A DNA stretch of 64,000 bases from Vicinamibacteria bacterium (GTDB taxonomy: Bacteria > Acidobacteriota > Vicinamibacteria > Vicinamibacterales > JAENWD01), in the NCBI GenBank assembly GCA_963818215.1, contig CAWFRL010000021.1, positions 340,958 to 404,957 of the forward strand, given 5' to 3'. A program made the translations under genes and the position numbers. Position 1 is the stretch's first letter. Each line of letters starts with the position of its first letter. Below the pieces are notes generated by a model. That model ran no database searches. It had not been told where the DNA came from and saw only the letters and a list, made by a program, of their open reading frames with translations. This document shows positions 46,036-55,837 of this stretch, in pieces.

Positions 46036-46214
46036 GCGCGCGGCCCTCGCTCGGCCAGCTGCAGCCGCACCGCATCCTGCCCGCACTGCCGGAACAGCGT
46101 GCAGCCCGCGCAGTCGTGCGCGATCTTTTCAGGCAGCCACGCGTGCGGCAGCGCGCCTCCAGTCACTCCCGGTCGTCCCGGAAATGCCGCTGTCAGCACT
46201 GCCCGGGCGGTCAC
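46032..46214 (-). CDS. 60-aa Cys-rich protein resembling the C-terminus of short GNAT N-acetylglutamate synthases
   Basis: LPHAWLPEKIAHDCAGCTLFRQCGQDAV; GTGA overlap with the argD stop and ATGA overlap with the argJ start. Confidence 0.55.
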   Translation of the reverse strand: MTARAVLTAAFPGRPGVTGGALPHAWLPEKIAHDCAGCTLFRQCGQDAVRLQLAERGPRA

Positions 46215-47448
46215 TGCACGCCTCCCTTCGACCACGCCGAACGCACGGTCGAGACGGTCCATCGCTTCGTCGATCTCGGCGGTCGTGATCGTCAACGGCG
46301 GCAAGAGGCGGACGACCGTCTTTGCGGTGGCGTTGATCGAGCAGCCCGAGCGGCCGCGCCGCGTCGACGATCTCGGAGGCAGGCCTGTCGATCTCGAGGC
46401 CGCGGATGAGGCCGGCGCCACGGATCTCCGACACCATCGGATGCGAGGCGGCAATGGCCTGCAGGCGACGCTCGAAGTGCGCGCCGGCGGAGGTGACGTG
46501 CGCCAGCAGGCCGCCATCCAGCAACTGGTCCACGAAGTACAACCCGGCACGGCAGGCCAGCAGGTTGCCGCCATACGTGCTGCCGTGATCGCCCGGCGCG
46601 ACGGCGCGGCTGACGGACTCGCGCAGAAGCGCCGCGCCGATGGGTATGCCACCGCCGAGCGCCTTGCCAATCGAGATCAGATCGGGATCGAGGCCGAGCA
46701 CCGTCGAGTAGAACGCGTGTCCCGTCCGTCCAAGGCCGCTCTGCACTTCGTCGGCGATGACGAGCGCTCCGGTCCGCGCTACCGCGGCCCGGATGGCCGT
46801 CACAAACGCCGCCGGCAGCGGGCGTACGCCGCCTTCGCCTTGAATCGGCTCCACGACGATGGCCGCCGTCTGGTCGGTGACGGCCGCATCGAGCGCCGCC
46901 AGGTCGGCGGGATCCACAAACGTCACACCCGGGACCAGCGGCTCGAACGGCTCGCGGTAGTGCGGGTCCGCCGTGATCGACAAGGACCCGAACGTGCGAC
47001 CGTGGAACGCACGCGTCAACGCCACGAACCTGGTCCGCTGCCGGTCGCCCTTCGTATACCAGTAGCGGCGCGCGAACTTCAGGCACGCCTCCATCGCCTC
47101 GGTGCCGCTGTTGCAGAAAAACGCGCGGTCGAGCCCCGACAGCCGCGCGAGCTTCTCGGACAGCTCGGCCTGGAACGGGTGGAAGAACAGGTTCGACGTG
47201 TGGACCAGGGTCGAGGCCTGCTCGGCGATCACGCGAGCCAGTCCTGGATTTGCGTGGCCCAGGCTGGCCACGCCGACGCCCGACGTGAAGTCGAGGTAGT
47301 CCTTGCCCTCGGTGTCCCACACCGAGGCGCCCTGGCCGCGCACCAGCACGACCGGCGCGCGCTTGTAGGTCTGCAGCACGTGCCGCGCCTCGGTGTCACG
47401 AACCTGATCGGCAAAGCTCTTGGTCATTTCAATGGATGTCACGGTCAC
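46211..47448 (-). CDS. argD: Acetylornithine aminotransferase
   Basis: NSGTEA.E, FHGRT, EPIQGEGG, DEVQSGLGRTG, GKALGGG, HGSTYGGN. Confidence 0.95.
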
Positions 47449-48267
47449 GCCACCATGCGCGTGCCCGGCAACGACCTGTTGTCGCCGGACGGCGCTTCAA
47501 GAAGCGACGCGAGCGTCTGCGGCTCGCGTCCGTCCACCAGCACGACTTCCTCGACCCCGGCGGCAAGCGCCGCCATCGCCGCCCTCAGCTTGGCGATCAT
47601 GCCGGCGCTGGCGACGCCGGACTTGCACCATGGCCTCGGCCCCCGCGCGATCGAGATGCGCCACCGTGTGGCCGCTGCTGTCGAGCACCCCCGGCGTCGC
47701 GCCGGCAATCACCAGTTGTCGCACCTGCAGGCGCCCGGCCAGGTGGCCAGCCAACGTATCGGCGTTGACGTTGAACAGCGTGCCGTCGCGCCCGACGCCG
47801 ATGCTGCAGACAACCGGCAGATAGCCGGCGGCAACCAGGTCGCGCAGCAGCGCCGGCGTCCCGTCTCCGATCGGCTGGCCGACCAGGCCGAGGTCGACCG
47901 TCTGGCCGTCGACGGCCACGTGCGGCGCCGCTTTCTCGACGACGGCCAGTCCCGCGTCGGCGCCCGTCAGGCCAACGGCCCGGCCGCCAGCCGCCGTGAT
48001 GGCGGCGACAAACCGCGTGTTGACCGTCCCCGCCAGCACCTCCACCACCACGCCCATCGTCGGTTCGTCGGTGACGCGGAGGCCATCCACCTGCCGCTTC
48101 GGCACGCCGATGCGCGCAAGCGCGGCGTCGATCTCGCGGCCGCCGCCATGGACGACCGCAAGGCGCGTCCGCTCGGCGACGCGGGCCAGCATCGACGCCA
48201 GCGCCGCGAGCCGCTCGGGCGGCTCGAGCAGCTCGCCGCCAAACTTGAGTACGGAAACAGCCTTCAC
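47445..48267 (-). CDS. argB: Acetylglutamate kinase
   Basis: VLKFGG, VHGGG, GLRVTD, NVNAD, GMIAKL. Confidence 0.93.
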
Positions 48268-49245
48268 AGCAGGCCCAGCCGCTCGTCGTACCCGAAGGCG
48301 ACGTTGAAGTTCTGCACCGCCTGACCGGCGGCGCCCTTCAACAGGTTGTCGAGGCACGACACGACGACGAGCCGGCCAGTGGCGGCATCGAGCTTCCAGC
48401 CGATGTCGCAGAAGTTGGTGTGCGCGACGTGCTTGATGACCGGCAGATCGCCGCCGCGCAGCCGGACAAACGGCGACTGGCTGTAGGCCGACGCGTACGC
48501 GTCGGCAATGTGGCCGTCGGTCGTGCCCGGCTGCCACGCGCACGTAGATCGTCTCGAGGATGCCGCGGTCAATCGGCACCAGGTGCGGCACGAAAGTCAC
48601 CGGGACGCCGAGCTCCTGCTCGATCTCGGCGGCGTGGCGGTGCGCGAAGACGCCGTACGCCGACAGGCTTTCGTCGACCTCGCAGAAGTGCGTGCGCTCG
48701 CTGGGCGCCTTGCCGGCGCCGGACACCCCCGACTTGGCGTCGATGATGACGTCGCCGGCCACCAGGCCGGCGGTCACCAGCGGCGCCAGCGCCAGCACCG
48801 CCGCGGTGGGGTAACAGCCTGCGCATGCGATCAGCCGCGCGGTGGGCAGCGCCGCGCGTGTGCGCTCGGTCATCCCATAAGCGGTGCCCTCTGGGAGCGA
48901 CGTGACCGCGTGATACCAGCGGGCCCGGTCGCCATCGGCGCGCAGCCGAAAGGCGCCCGACAGGTCGAAGACGCGCCGGCCTCGCGCGACAAGGTTCGGC
49001 GCGATGTCGGCCGAGGCATCTTCGGGCAGGGCGAGAAACACGACCTCGTTGGCCGCCAGCCGTTCGAAATCGTAGGGCTCGACCTCGCCGTTCCAGAGGC
49101 CCGACAGGGCAGGCAACGTTCTGCCGCCCGCAGCTTTCTGCGAGCCCATCGCGGTCTGCAGCGAGACGTGCGGGTGGCGGGCCAGCAGGCGGACCAACTC
49201 CTGCCCCGAATACCCCGTCGCCCCGGCAATCCCGACCGTGTGCAC
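48264..49245 (-). CDS. argC: N-acetyl-gamma-glutamyl-phosphate reductase
   Basis: GATGYSG, DLSGAFR, GCYPT, SGVSGAG, HRH..EI, DNLLKGAAGQAVQN. Confidence 0.95.
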
Positions 49246-49263
49246 CCTGCTTGACTCCTGCCC

Positions 49264-49320
49264 CCGCCGATTTATCCAGCGGAGCGGATAAGTATACGGA
49301 AGTGGGCATGCCAGATCAAG
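49264..49320 (-). promoter_or_regulatory. argC promoter overlapped by tandem ARG boxes
   Basis: Minus strand TTGATC-N17-TATACT; boxes CGTATACTTATCCG and TGGATAAATCGGCG start 20 nt apart. Confidence 0.65.
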
Positions 49321-49350
49321 CCACTTCTTCAAAATACCTAAGCTAGCCTC

Positions 49351-49407
49351 TTGCGCTCGGCCTGGCACCCTTGTATACTCATGCGTCTGGCTGCATAAAC
49401 ATGAAGG
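49351..49407 (+). promoter_or_regulatory. argR promoter overlapped by tandem ARG boxes
   Basis: TTGCGC-N17-TATACT; boxes TGTATACTCATGCG and TGCATAAACATGAA start 20 nt apart. Confidence 0.75.
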
Positions 49408-49850
49408 CGCGAAGGCAAGCTCTCATCCTCGAACTGCTCGGCAAGGAGCCAATTCGTAACCAGGAGCAGTTGCGAAACGGGTTGAAGGCCCTGGGCGTTG
49501 CGGCCACCCAGGCGACGCTGTCGCGCGACATCAAGGAACTGGGCCTGATGAAGCGCGCCTCCGACGGGGCGTATCAGCGGCCAACGGCTCCAGCCCCACC
49601 CGGGGGCTCGGCGGTGACCGGGCTGAGTCGGGCGGTCACCGAGTTTGTGACGCGAGTGGACCGGGTTCAGAACCTGATCGTGCTGCGCACGGGACCCGGT
49701 CAGGCGCATGCGGCCGCGGTTGCGTTCGACCGCGCCCAGCTTGGGGAAGTCGTCGGCACGATTGCCGGCGACGACACGATTCTTGTCATCGCTCGAGATG
49801 GCACCGGGGCCCGTGATCTCGAGCTGCGGTTGAACGGACTGATTCGATAA
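49401..49850 (+). CDS. argR: Arginine repressor
   Basis: ATQATLSRDIKEL, LRT.PG.A, GTIAGDDTI. Confidence 0.96.
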   Translation: MKARRQALILELLGKEPIRNQEQLRNGLKALGVAATQATLSRDIKELGLMKRASDGAYQRPTAPAPPGGSAVTGLSRAVTEFVTRVDRVQNLIVLRTGPGQAHAAAVAFDRAQLGEVVGTIAGDDTILVIARDGTGARDLELRLNGLIR

Positions 49851-50893
49851 ATGAGAAAGCGTCTTGTCGTCGCCTACGGAGGCAGCCTTGACGGCGCCGC
49901 CGCCGTCTCGTCGCTGGCACACGACGAAGCGGATGTGGCCACGCTCACGCTCGATCTGGGCCAGGGGATGGACCTCGAGCAGGTGCGCGACCAGGCGCGG
50001 GCGGCCGGCGCGCGCCGCGCGCACGTCGTCGATGCCCGGCGCGAGCTGGCCGGGCAGATTCTGCGGCCGGCGTTGACCGCGGGCGCCTTCGAGGCGGGCC
50101 CCCGGGCCATCGCCGTCACGCGGCCGGTCATCGCCGCGCATCTGGTCGCGGTCGCACGCATGGAAGGCGCCACCGAGGTGGCCCACGGCGCCTCGGGCGC
50201 GGACCGCGTCAGGATCGAGCAGTCTGATCGCGGACCTGGCGCCGGAGTTGACCATCCATGCCATGGCGGACACCAATCGCGAGGATGCCGCCCCTCGCAT
50301 CGACCAGAACCTCTGGGGCCGCACGGTGACGATGGGCGGGCCGGCCGACCAGTGGGAGCTGGCGCCCTCAGACGCCTTCACCCGCACGAGCGAGCCGCAC
50401 AGCTGCGCAGCCCAGCCGGCCATCGTCGAGATCGCGATTGAGCGCGGAGTGCCGGTGGCGGTCAACGGCGTGCCGCTCGACATCGACGAGCTCGTCGAGG
50501 TGGTCGACACCATTGCCGGCGACCACGGCGTAGGACGGTTCGACCAGGCGTCTCGGTCCGCCCGGGCGCTGGTGGAAGCGCCGGCGGCCGCCGTCCTGTC
50601 GGCCGCGATCGCCGAGCTGGCCTCGGCCAGCTTCGACCGCGATATGCTGGCGCTTCGGGGCCAGATGGCGCAGGCTTACGCGAGGCTGATCGATGAGGGC
50701 CGTTGGCACACGCCCGCGCGCGCCGCGCTCGACGCGTTCACCGCGGCCTCGTCGGGCTCGATGTCTGGCGCCGTCCGCCTGCTGCTGTTGCGCGGCGCGT
50801 GCCGCGTCGTCGGCCGCCGCGTCGGCGCCGCGGCCACCGAGTCGATCGCCGCCGGCGCCTACGAAGATCCGTTGTCGCGCGGCCCAGGCCTGA
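49851..50893 (+). CDS. argG: Argininosuccinate synthase-like protein with degenerate catalytic motifs (3' end approximate)
   Basis: DLGQ, RP.IA, AHG, DQNLWGR, G.PVAVNG, HGVGR, EAPAA; lies between argR and argH; key motifs altered. Confidence 0.65.
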
Positions 50894-50924
50894 GGCCCGA
50901 GGCTATCGCGAAAGTTCACGAATT

Positions 50925-52320
50925 ATGTCCACGCTCTGGTCCGGCCGCTTCGACAGCGAGCCGAACGCCGCGGTCTTCGACTTCGGCGCCTCGTTTCGTT
51001 TCGATCGCCGCTTGTTTGAAGACGACGTGATCGGCAGCCTCGCCTGGGCGCAGGCCCTGGCGACCGCCGGCGTGCTCTCCGGGGACGAAGCGGCAGCCAC
51101 GACGGCCGCGCTCACCGAGATCCTCGCCAAAGGCCAGGCCGACCCGTCCTGGGTGGCCGGTCCGGACGAAGACGTGCACTCGTTTGTCGAACGGCAACTG
51201 GTGGAGCGCATTGGCGACACGGGCCGCCGGCTGCACACCGGTCGATCGCGAAACGAACAGGTCTCGCTCGATCTGCGCCTGTTTCTTCGGCGCCGGTCGA
51301 CCTCGCTTCAGGCGTCGGTGCGCCGGTTGATTGCGGCCTTCGTGTCGCTTGCGGAGCGCTGCGGCGATGCCCGCATGCCGGCCTACACCCACTTGCGCCG
51401 CGCGCAGCCCGTGCTGATCGCGCACTTCCTGCTCGCGCACGCCGCCGCGATGCGTCGCGACCACTCGCGGTTTGCGGCGGCGGCGTCCGAGGCCGATGCG
51501 CTGCCGCTGGGCTCGGGCGCGGTGGCCGGCACCAACTACGAGATCGACACCGCGACGCTCGCCCGGACCCTGGGCTTTTCGCGCGTCGTCGCCAACAGCA
51601 TCGACGCGTCGGCCGACCGCGATTTCGTGTCGGCGTTCCTCCATGCGTGCGCGCTGACGATGGTGCATCTGAGCCGCTTTGCCGAAGACATGGTGATCTT
51701 CAGCGGCGAGGAATACGGGTTCTTCGAGTTGTCGGACGCCTCGTCCACCGGCAGCAGCATGATGCCGCAGAAGAAGAACCCCGATCCGCTGGAACTGGTG
51801 CGCGGCAAGTCGGGCCGGGCCATCGGCCATCTCGCCGGGTGGCTCGCCACCATGAAGGGCCTGCCGAGCGGTTACAACAAGGACCTGCAGGAAGACAAGG
51901 AAGCCGTCTTCGACGCCGATCAGACCGTCGACCGGATCGCTTGAAGCCGTGGCGATCGTCGTCGAGGGCCTGACGGTGCAGACCGAGCGGGCGGAGCGTG
52001 CCGCGGCCGGATTGCTGCTGGCGACCGACGTCGCCGACTATCTGGTCGGCAAGGGCCTGCCGTTTCGGCGCGCGCACGAACTGGTGGCCGCGATGACCAG
52101 GCGGCTGCTGGCTGAAGGACGCGACTTCGAATCGCTGCCGCTGGCGGAATGGCGTGGCTACTCGGAGTTGTTCGACGCCGATGTCATCGACCGGGTGACG
52201 ACCAGGGCGTCGGTGGCGGCCCGCCGGACACCTCAATCCACCCATCCCGAGGCAGTTCAGGCCTCGCTCCGGGAAATCAAGGATTGGCTGGCGCAGGCCT
52301 CTGAAGCCCGACGTCCGTAG
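50925..52320 (+). CDS. argH: Argininosuccinate lyase
   Basis: LWSGRF, EDVH, LHTGRSRNEQ, YTHL.RAQP, GSSMMPQKKNPD, YNKDLQEDK, PFR.AH. Confidence 0.96.
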
Positions 52321-52408
52321 CCCGTAGCCGGCGGCCCCGGTTGTGCTAGACTCCTGTGGCCGCGGCAGACGCGGCCCTACCCATAAAACGAGCCTGTCAG
52401 GGGGCTTG

Positions 52409-53105
52409 ATGCAGCAGCGCCAGCCTCGACTCGGCGATGTCGTGGACGATTACTGTCCGCGCGAGCGCCGGGTCACGAACCACGCCGTCGTCGCCATGGT
52501 GGGCGACGAGGTCAAACAGACGCGGTGCACGACGTGCGACGCCGAGCACGACTACAAGCACGCCAAGGTGCCGCCCCAGCGGAAGAAGAAAGACGTACCG
52601 GGGGCGCTGTATCAGCAGGTGCTCGACGGGATTCCGCGAGTCGTCCCGCCGGACCAGGCGCCTGACGACGAGCCGGAGGCGGAGGCCGCCATCGTGCAGG
52701 CAGAAAGCGAGGCCGACGTCGAAGGCGACGCTGCGCCGTTGGCAGCCGACGCCGCGCCCGCCGGCGAGCACGAGGGGCCTGTTCATCGCCGCCTGATACG
52801 TGCGACGTTGCCCAGGCTGCCCGGCGCCGAGCCGCCCGTGCGGCGCGAGCCCGAATTCACCATGCGCACGCCGGCTCATGGCCGGTCGGGAAAGCCGAAA
52901 AACGGCTTCCGGGGCGGCGGCATGCAGCGCGCCGGTGGGCCAGGGTCAAGGGCAGGGGCAGGGCAACGCCCACGGCAACCGGGGCAAGCGGCACGGCCGC
53001 CCGGGGGGCGATGGTGCCTGGAACCGCTCGGGTCAGCCAGGCTCAGGCGGCCGCGGTCCCGGGGGACAGCGCCAGGGGCGCGGCGACAAGAAGCGTTCGC
53101 GATAG
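52409..53105 (+). CDS. Hypothetical protein with N-terminal zinc-ribbon-like motif and disordered Gly/Arg-rich tail
   Basis: RLGD.VDDYCPRERRVTNH...RCTTCDAEH. Confidence 0.7.
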
Positions 53106-53138
53106 CGCGATTCCGCGCTCGATCGCCCCGACATTCCT

Positions 53139-54177
53139 ATGCGACTGACGTCAAAGGTTGGCGCGGCCATTACGTGCCTCGTGTGTCTGGTCGCGCCGCA
53201 GCCGCAGGTCAACGCGCAACAGCCGGCGGCACCGTCGGGTCCGACGGTTCGGTACGAGCCCACCGCAGGAGTGCCGACGTTTGCCGTGCGCCCGCCGGTT
53301 CTGCGCATCACGCCGGGCACCACGGTGGAATCGCGCACCTTCTCCAAGCCCGGTGACTACTACACGCCAGAGGGCGGCCCGTGGCCGGGCGAGGTGGGCC
53401 CCTTCTACATCGAAGGCGCCACGCCAGGCGACACGCTGGTCGTGCGCGTCCTCAAGGTGCAGCCGAATCGCGACTCGGCGGTCTCGACCATCGGTCCGTC
53501 ACTGAGTGCCGTCGCCGGCGACTCGCGGCTGAAGATCCTCAACGAGCCGATTCCGTCCAAGCGCTATCTCTGGCGGCTCGATCGCCAGCGGATGGTCGGG
53601 ATCCTCGACATCCCCAATTCGGCGAGCCGGCAAATCGAGCTGCCGCTGGTGCCGATGCTGGGCCGCGTCGCGGTGGCGCCCAGCGGCGAAGAGGCCTTCG
53701 GGGGACTGTGGCCCGGCAACTTCGGCGGCAACATGGACGCGTCGGACGTGCGCGAGGGGACCACCGTCTACCTGCCCGATCTTCCACGAGGGCGCCTACT
53801 TCTACTTCGGCGACGGCCATGCGCTCCAGGGCGACGGCGAGATCTGCGGCTCGGGCCTCGAGACGACGATGGACGTCGCGTTGCGCTTCGAACTGATCAA
53901 GGGCCGCAAGATCGACTGGCCCCGATTCGAGGACGCGGAGCACCTCATGGTCGCCGGCAGCGGACGGCCGCTGGTGGACGCGTTCCGCATCGCGCAGGTC
54001 GAGCTGATCGAATGGCTGGTCGAGGACTACGGCTTCGACAAGCTCGACGCCTACCAGGTCGTCTCGCAAGCTGGCGTCACGCGCGTGGCCAACGTCGTCG
54101 ATCCGAATTTCACCGTCGTCGCGAAGTTTCCGAAGAGATACCTGCCGGCGCGTACAGGTAGGGCCAGGCCCCGTTAA
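53139..54177 (+). CDS. Acetamidase/formamidase family protein (secreted)
   Basis: GPFYIEGA.PGD.L, FGGNMD, GDGHA.QGDGE..G.G.E, DAYQVVSQ. Confidence 0.9.
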
Positions 54178-54234
54178 GGCGGCCGCGGACCTCTCGGCGC
54201 GGGCCTGGCTCCCCGCTCGCGGTAGGATCAGGGG

Positions 54235-55054
54235 ATGAACGACTTTGCGGGCAAGCACGGGTTGATCGTCGGGGTGGCCAACAAGCGGTCAATCGCCTGG
54301 TCCATCGCGAAGGCCGTGGCCGGCCAGGGGTGCGCGGCTGGCGGTGACCTATCAGGGCGAACGCCTGGAAGAGAACGTGCGCGAGTTGTCGGCCGACCTG
54401 GCGGACCCGCTGATCCTTCCGCTCGACGTGACCAGCGACGAACAGATCGCCGAAGTCGCCGCCAGGTGCGACGCGACTTTCGGCGGGCTCGACTTCGTCG
54501 TGCACGGCGCGGCCTTCGCGCCGCGCGAGGCGGTGACGCGGCCGTTTCTGGAGACCTCGCGCGAGGGCTTTCGCGTCGCGCTCGACGTCAGCGCGTACTC
54601 GCTGGTCGCGCTTGCGCGGGCGACCGCGCCGCTGATGGAGAAAAAAGGCGGCGGCAGCCTGCTGACGCTGACCTATCTGGGCAGCACCCGGGTGTTCCCG
54701 AACTACAACGTCATGGGTGTCGCCAAGGCCGCGCTCGAGTCGTCGGTCCGGTATCTCGCCGCGGAGCTGGGGCCAAAGGCGATTCGGGTGAATGCGATCT
54801 CGGCCGGCCCGATCAAGACGCTGGCCGCATCCGGCATCGGCGGCTTCTCGAGCATCCTGCAGGTGTACCGGGACAAGGCGCCGCTGCGGCGCAACACCGA
54901 GACCAGCGAGGTTGCCGACACGGCGGCGTTTCTGCTGGGGCCCGCCGGGCGGGGAGTCACCGGCGAGATCCTGCTCGTCGACGGCGGTTACAGCATCGTC
55001 GGACATGTCAGGCTCAGTCGAACAGGTGTCCTGCGGCAGGACGCCAGGTCATAG
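54235..55054 (+). CDS. fabI: Enoyl-ACP reductase
   Basis: GVANKRSIAW, SAYSL, PNYNVMGVAKAALE, ISAGPIKTLAA, VDGG. Confidence 0.94.
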
Positions 55055-55776
55055 CGTGGCCAGGTCATGCGGGACGCGGCCCACTCCTCGACGCGAATCC
55101 GGTCGGCAGGCACGCCGATTTCGCCGAGCATCCGGGGCACTTCGTGGACGAGCGCTGCCGGGCCACACACGAAGCAGAGCGTCTCGTCGGGTCTCGCCAC
55201 CACGGCTTCCAGCTGCGCGCGGCTGATCCGGCCGCGGCTCCCCTGCCACATCCCGCGGGTTTCCCGGGTCGCGGTCTTCTCGTAGCGAATCCGCCCCTCA
55301 CCCGCAAGCGTCGTCAACTCGTCGTCGAACGCGAACTCTTCGGCGGTGCGCGCGCTGTAGAGCACGCTCACCTCCGGCGCTTCCGGCGCGCCGAGCGCCT
55401 CGTGCAGCATCGCGCGCAGGGGTGCGATGCCCGAGCCGCCCGCGACAAACAGCACCGCGGGCTCGGTCAGCCTGTCTGGATAGAGAAATGTGCCGACGGG
55501 GCCGTCGAGCTCGACCGAGGTTCCCACGGAGAGCGACGGCAGGTGCGGCCCTGGCGAGCCGTCCTCACCAAGGCCCATCAGCAGTTCGAGGTTGCCTGAA
55601 CGCGCGGCTTCGTGCGGCCCAACCGCGATGGAGTACGGCCGCTTGAGGCCGGTGCCGGTCGCGCCGATGAGCACGGCCTGGCCGGCACTGAAAGCGAATG
55701 GGCGTGACAGCGCAATCTGCAGCAGGACGCTGCGCGGCGTGGCGCGCGAAACGCGGTCGATGACGGCAGGCAGCAT
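54988..55776 (-). CDS. Ferredoxin-NADP reductase-like FAD/NAD(P) oxidoreductase
   Basis: RPYSIA, GP.GTF, AGGSGIAP, FVCGP, EEW. Confidence 0.88.
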   Translation of the reverse strand: MLPAVIDRVSRATPRSVLLQIALSRPFAFSAGQAVLIGATGTGLKRPYSIAVGPHEAARSGNLELLMGLGEDGSPGPHLPSLSVGTSVELDGPVGTFLYPDRLTEPAVLFVAGGSGIAPLRAMLHEALGAPEAPEVSVLYSARTAEEFAFDDELTTLAGEGRIRYEKTATRETRGMWQGSRGRISRAQLEAVVARPDETLCFVCGPAALVHEVPRMLGEIGVPADRIRVEEWAASRMTWPRYDLASCRRTPVRLSLTCPTML

Positions 55777-55837
55777 GTGAGGCAGGCCGGCCACGTGGCC
55801 GCGCCAGGCGCCGGCCCTGGGCTGGAGCCTCGGCGCC

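Noticed and set aside
45601-48324. Very long antisense ORFs (e.g. 907 aa here; also 9479-11176 and 55841-57769)
   Set aside because: Shadow frames of real high-GC genes; Arg/Ala/Gly-rich with no recognisable motifs.
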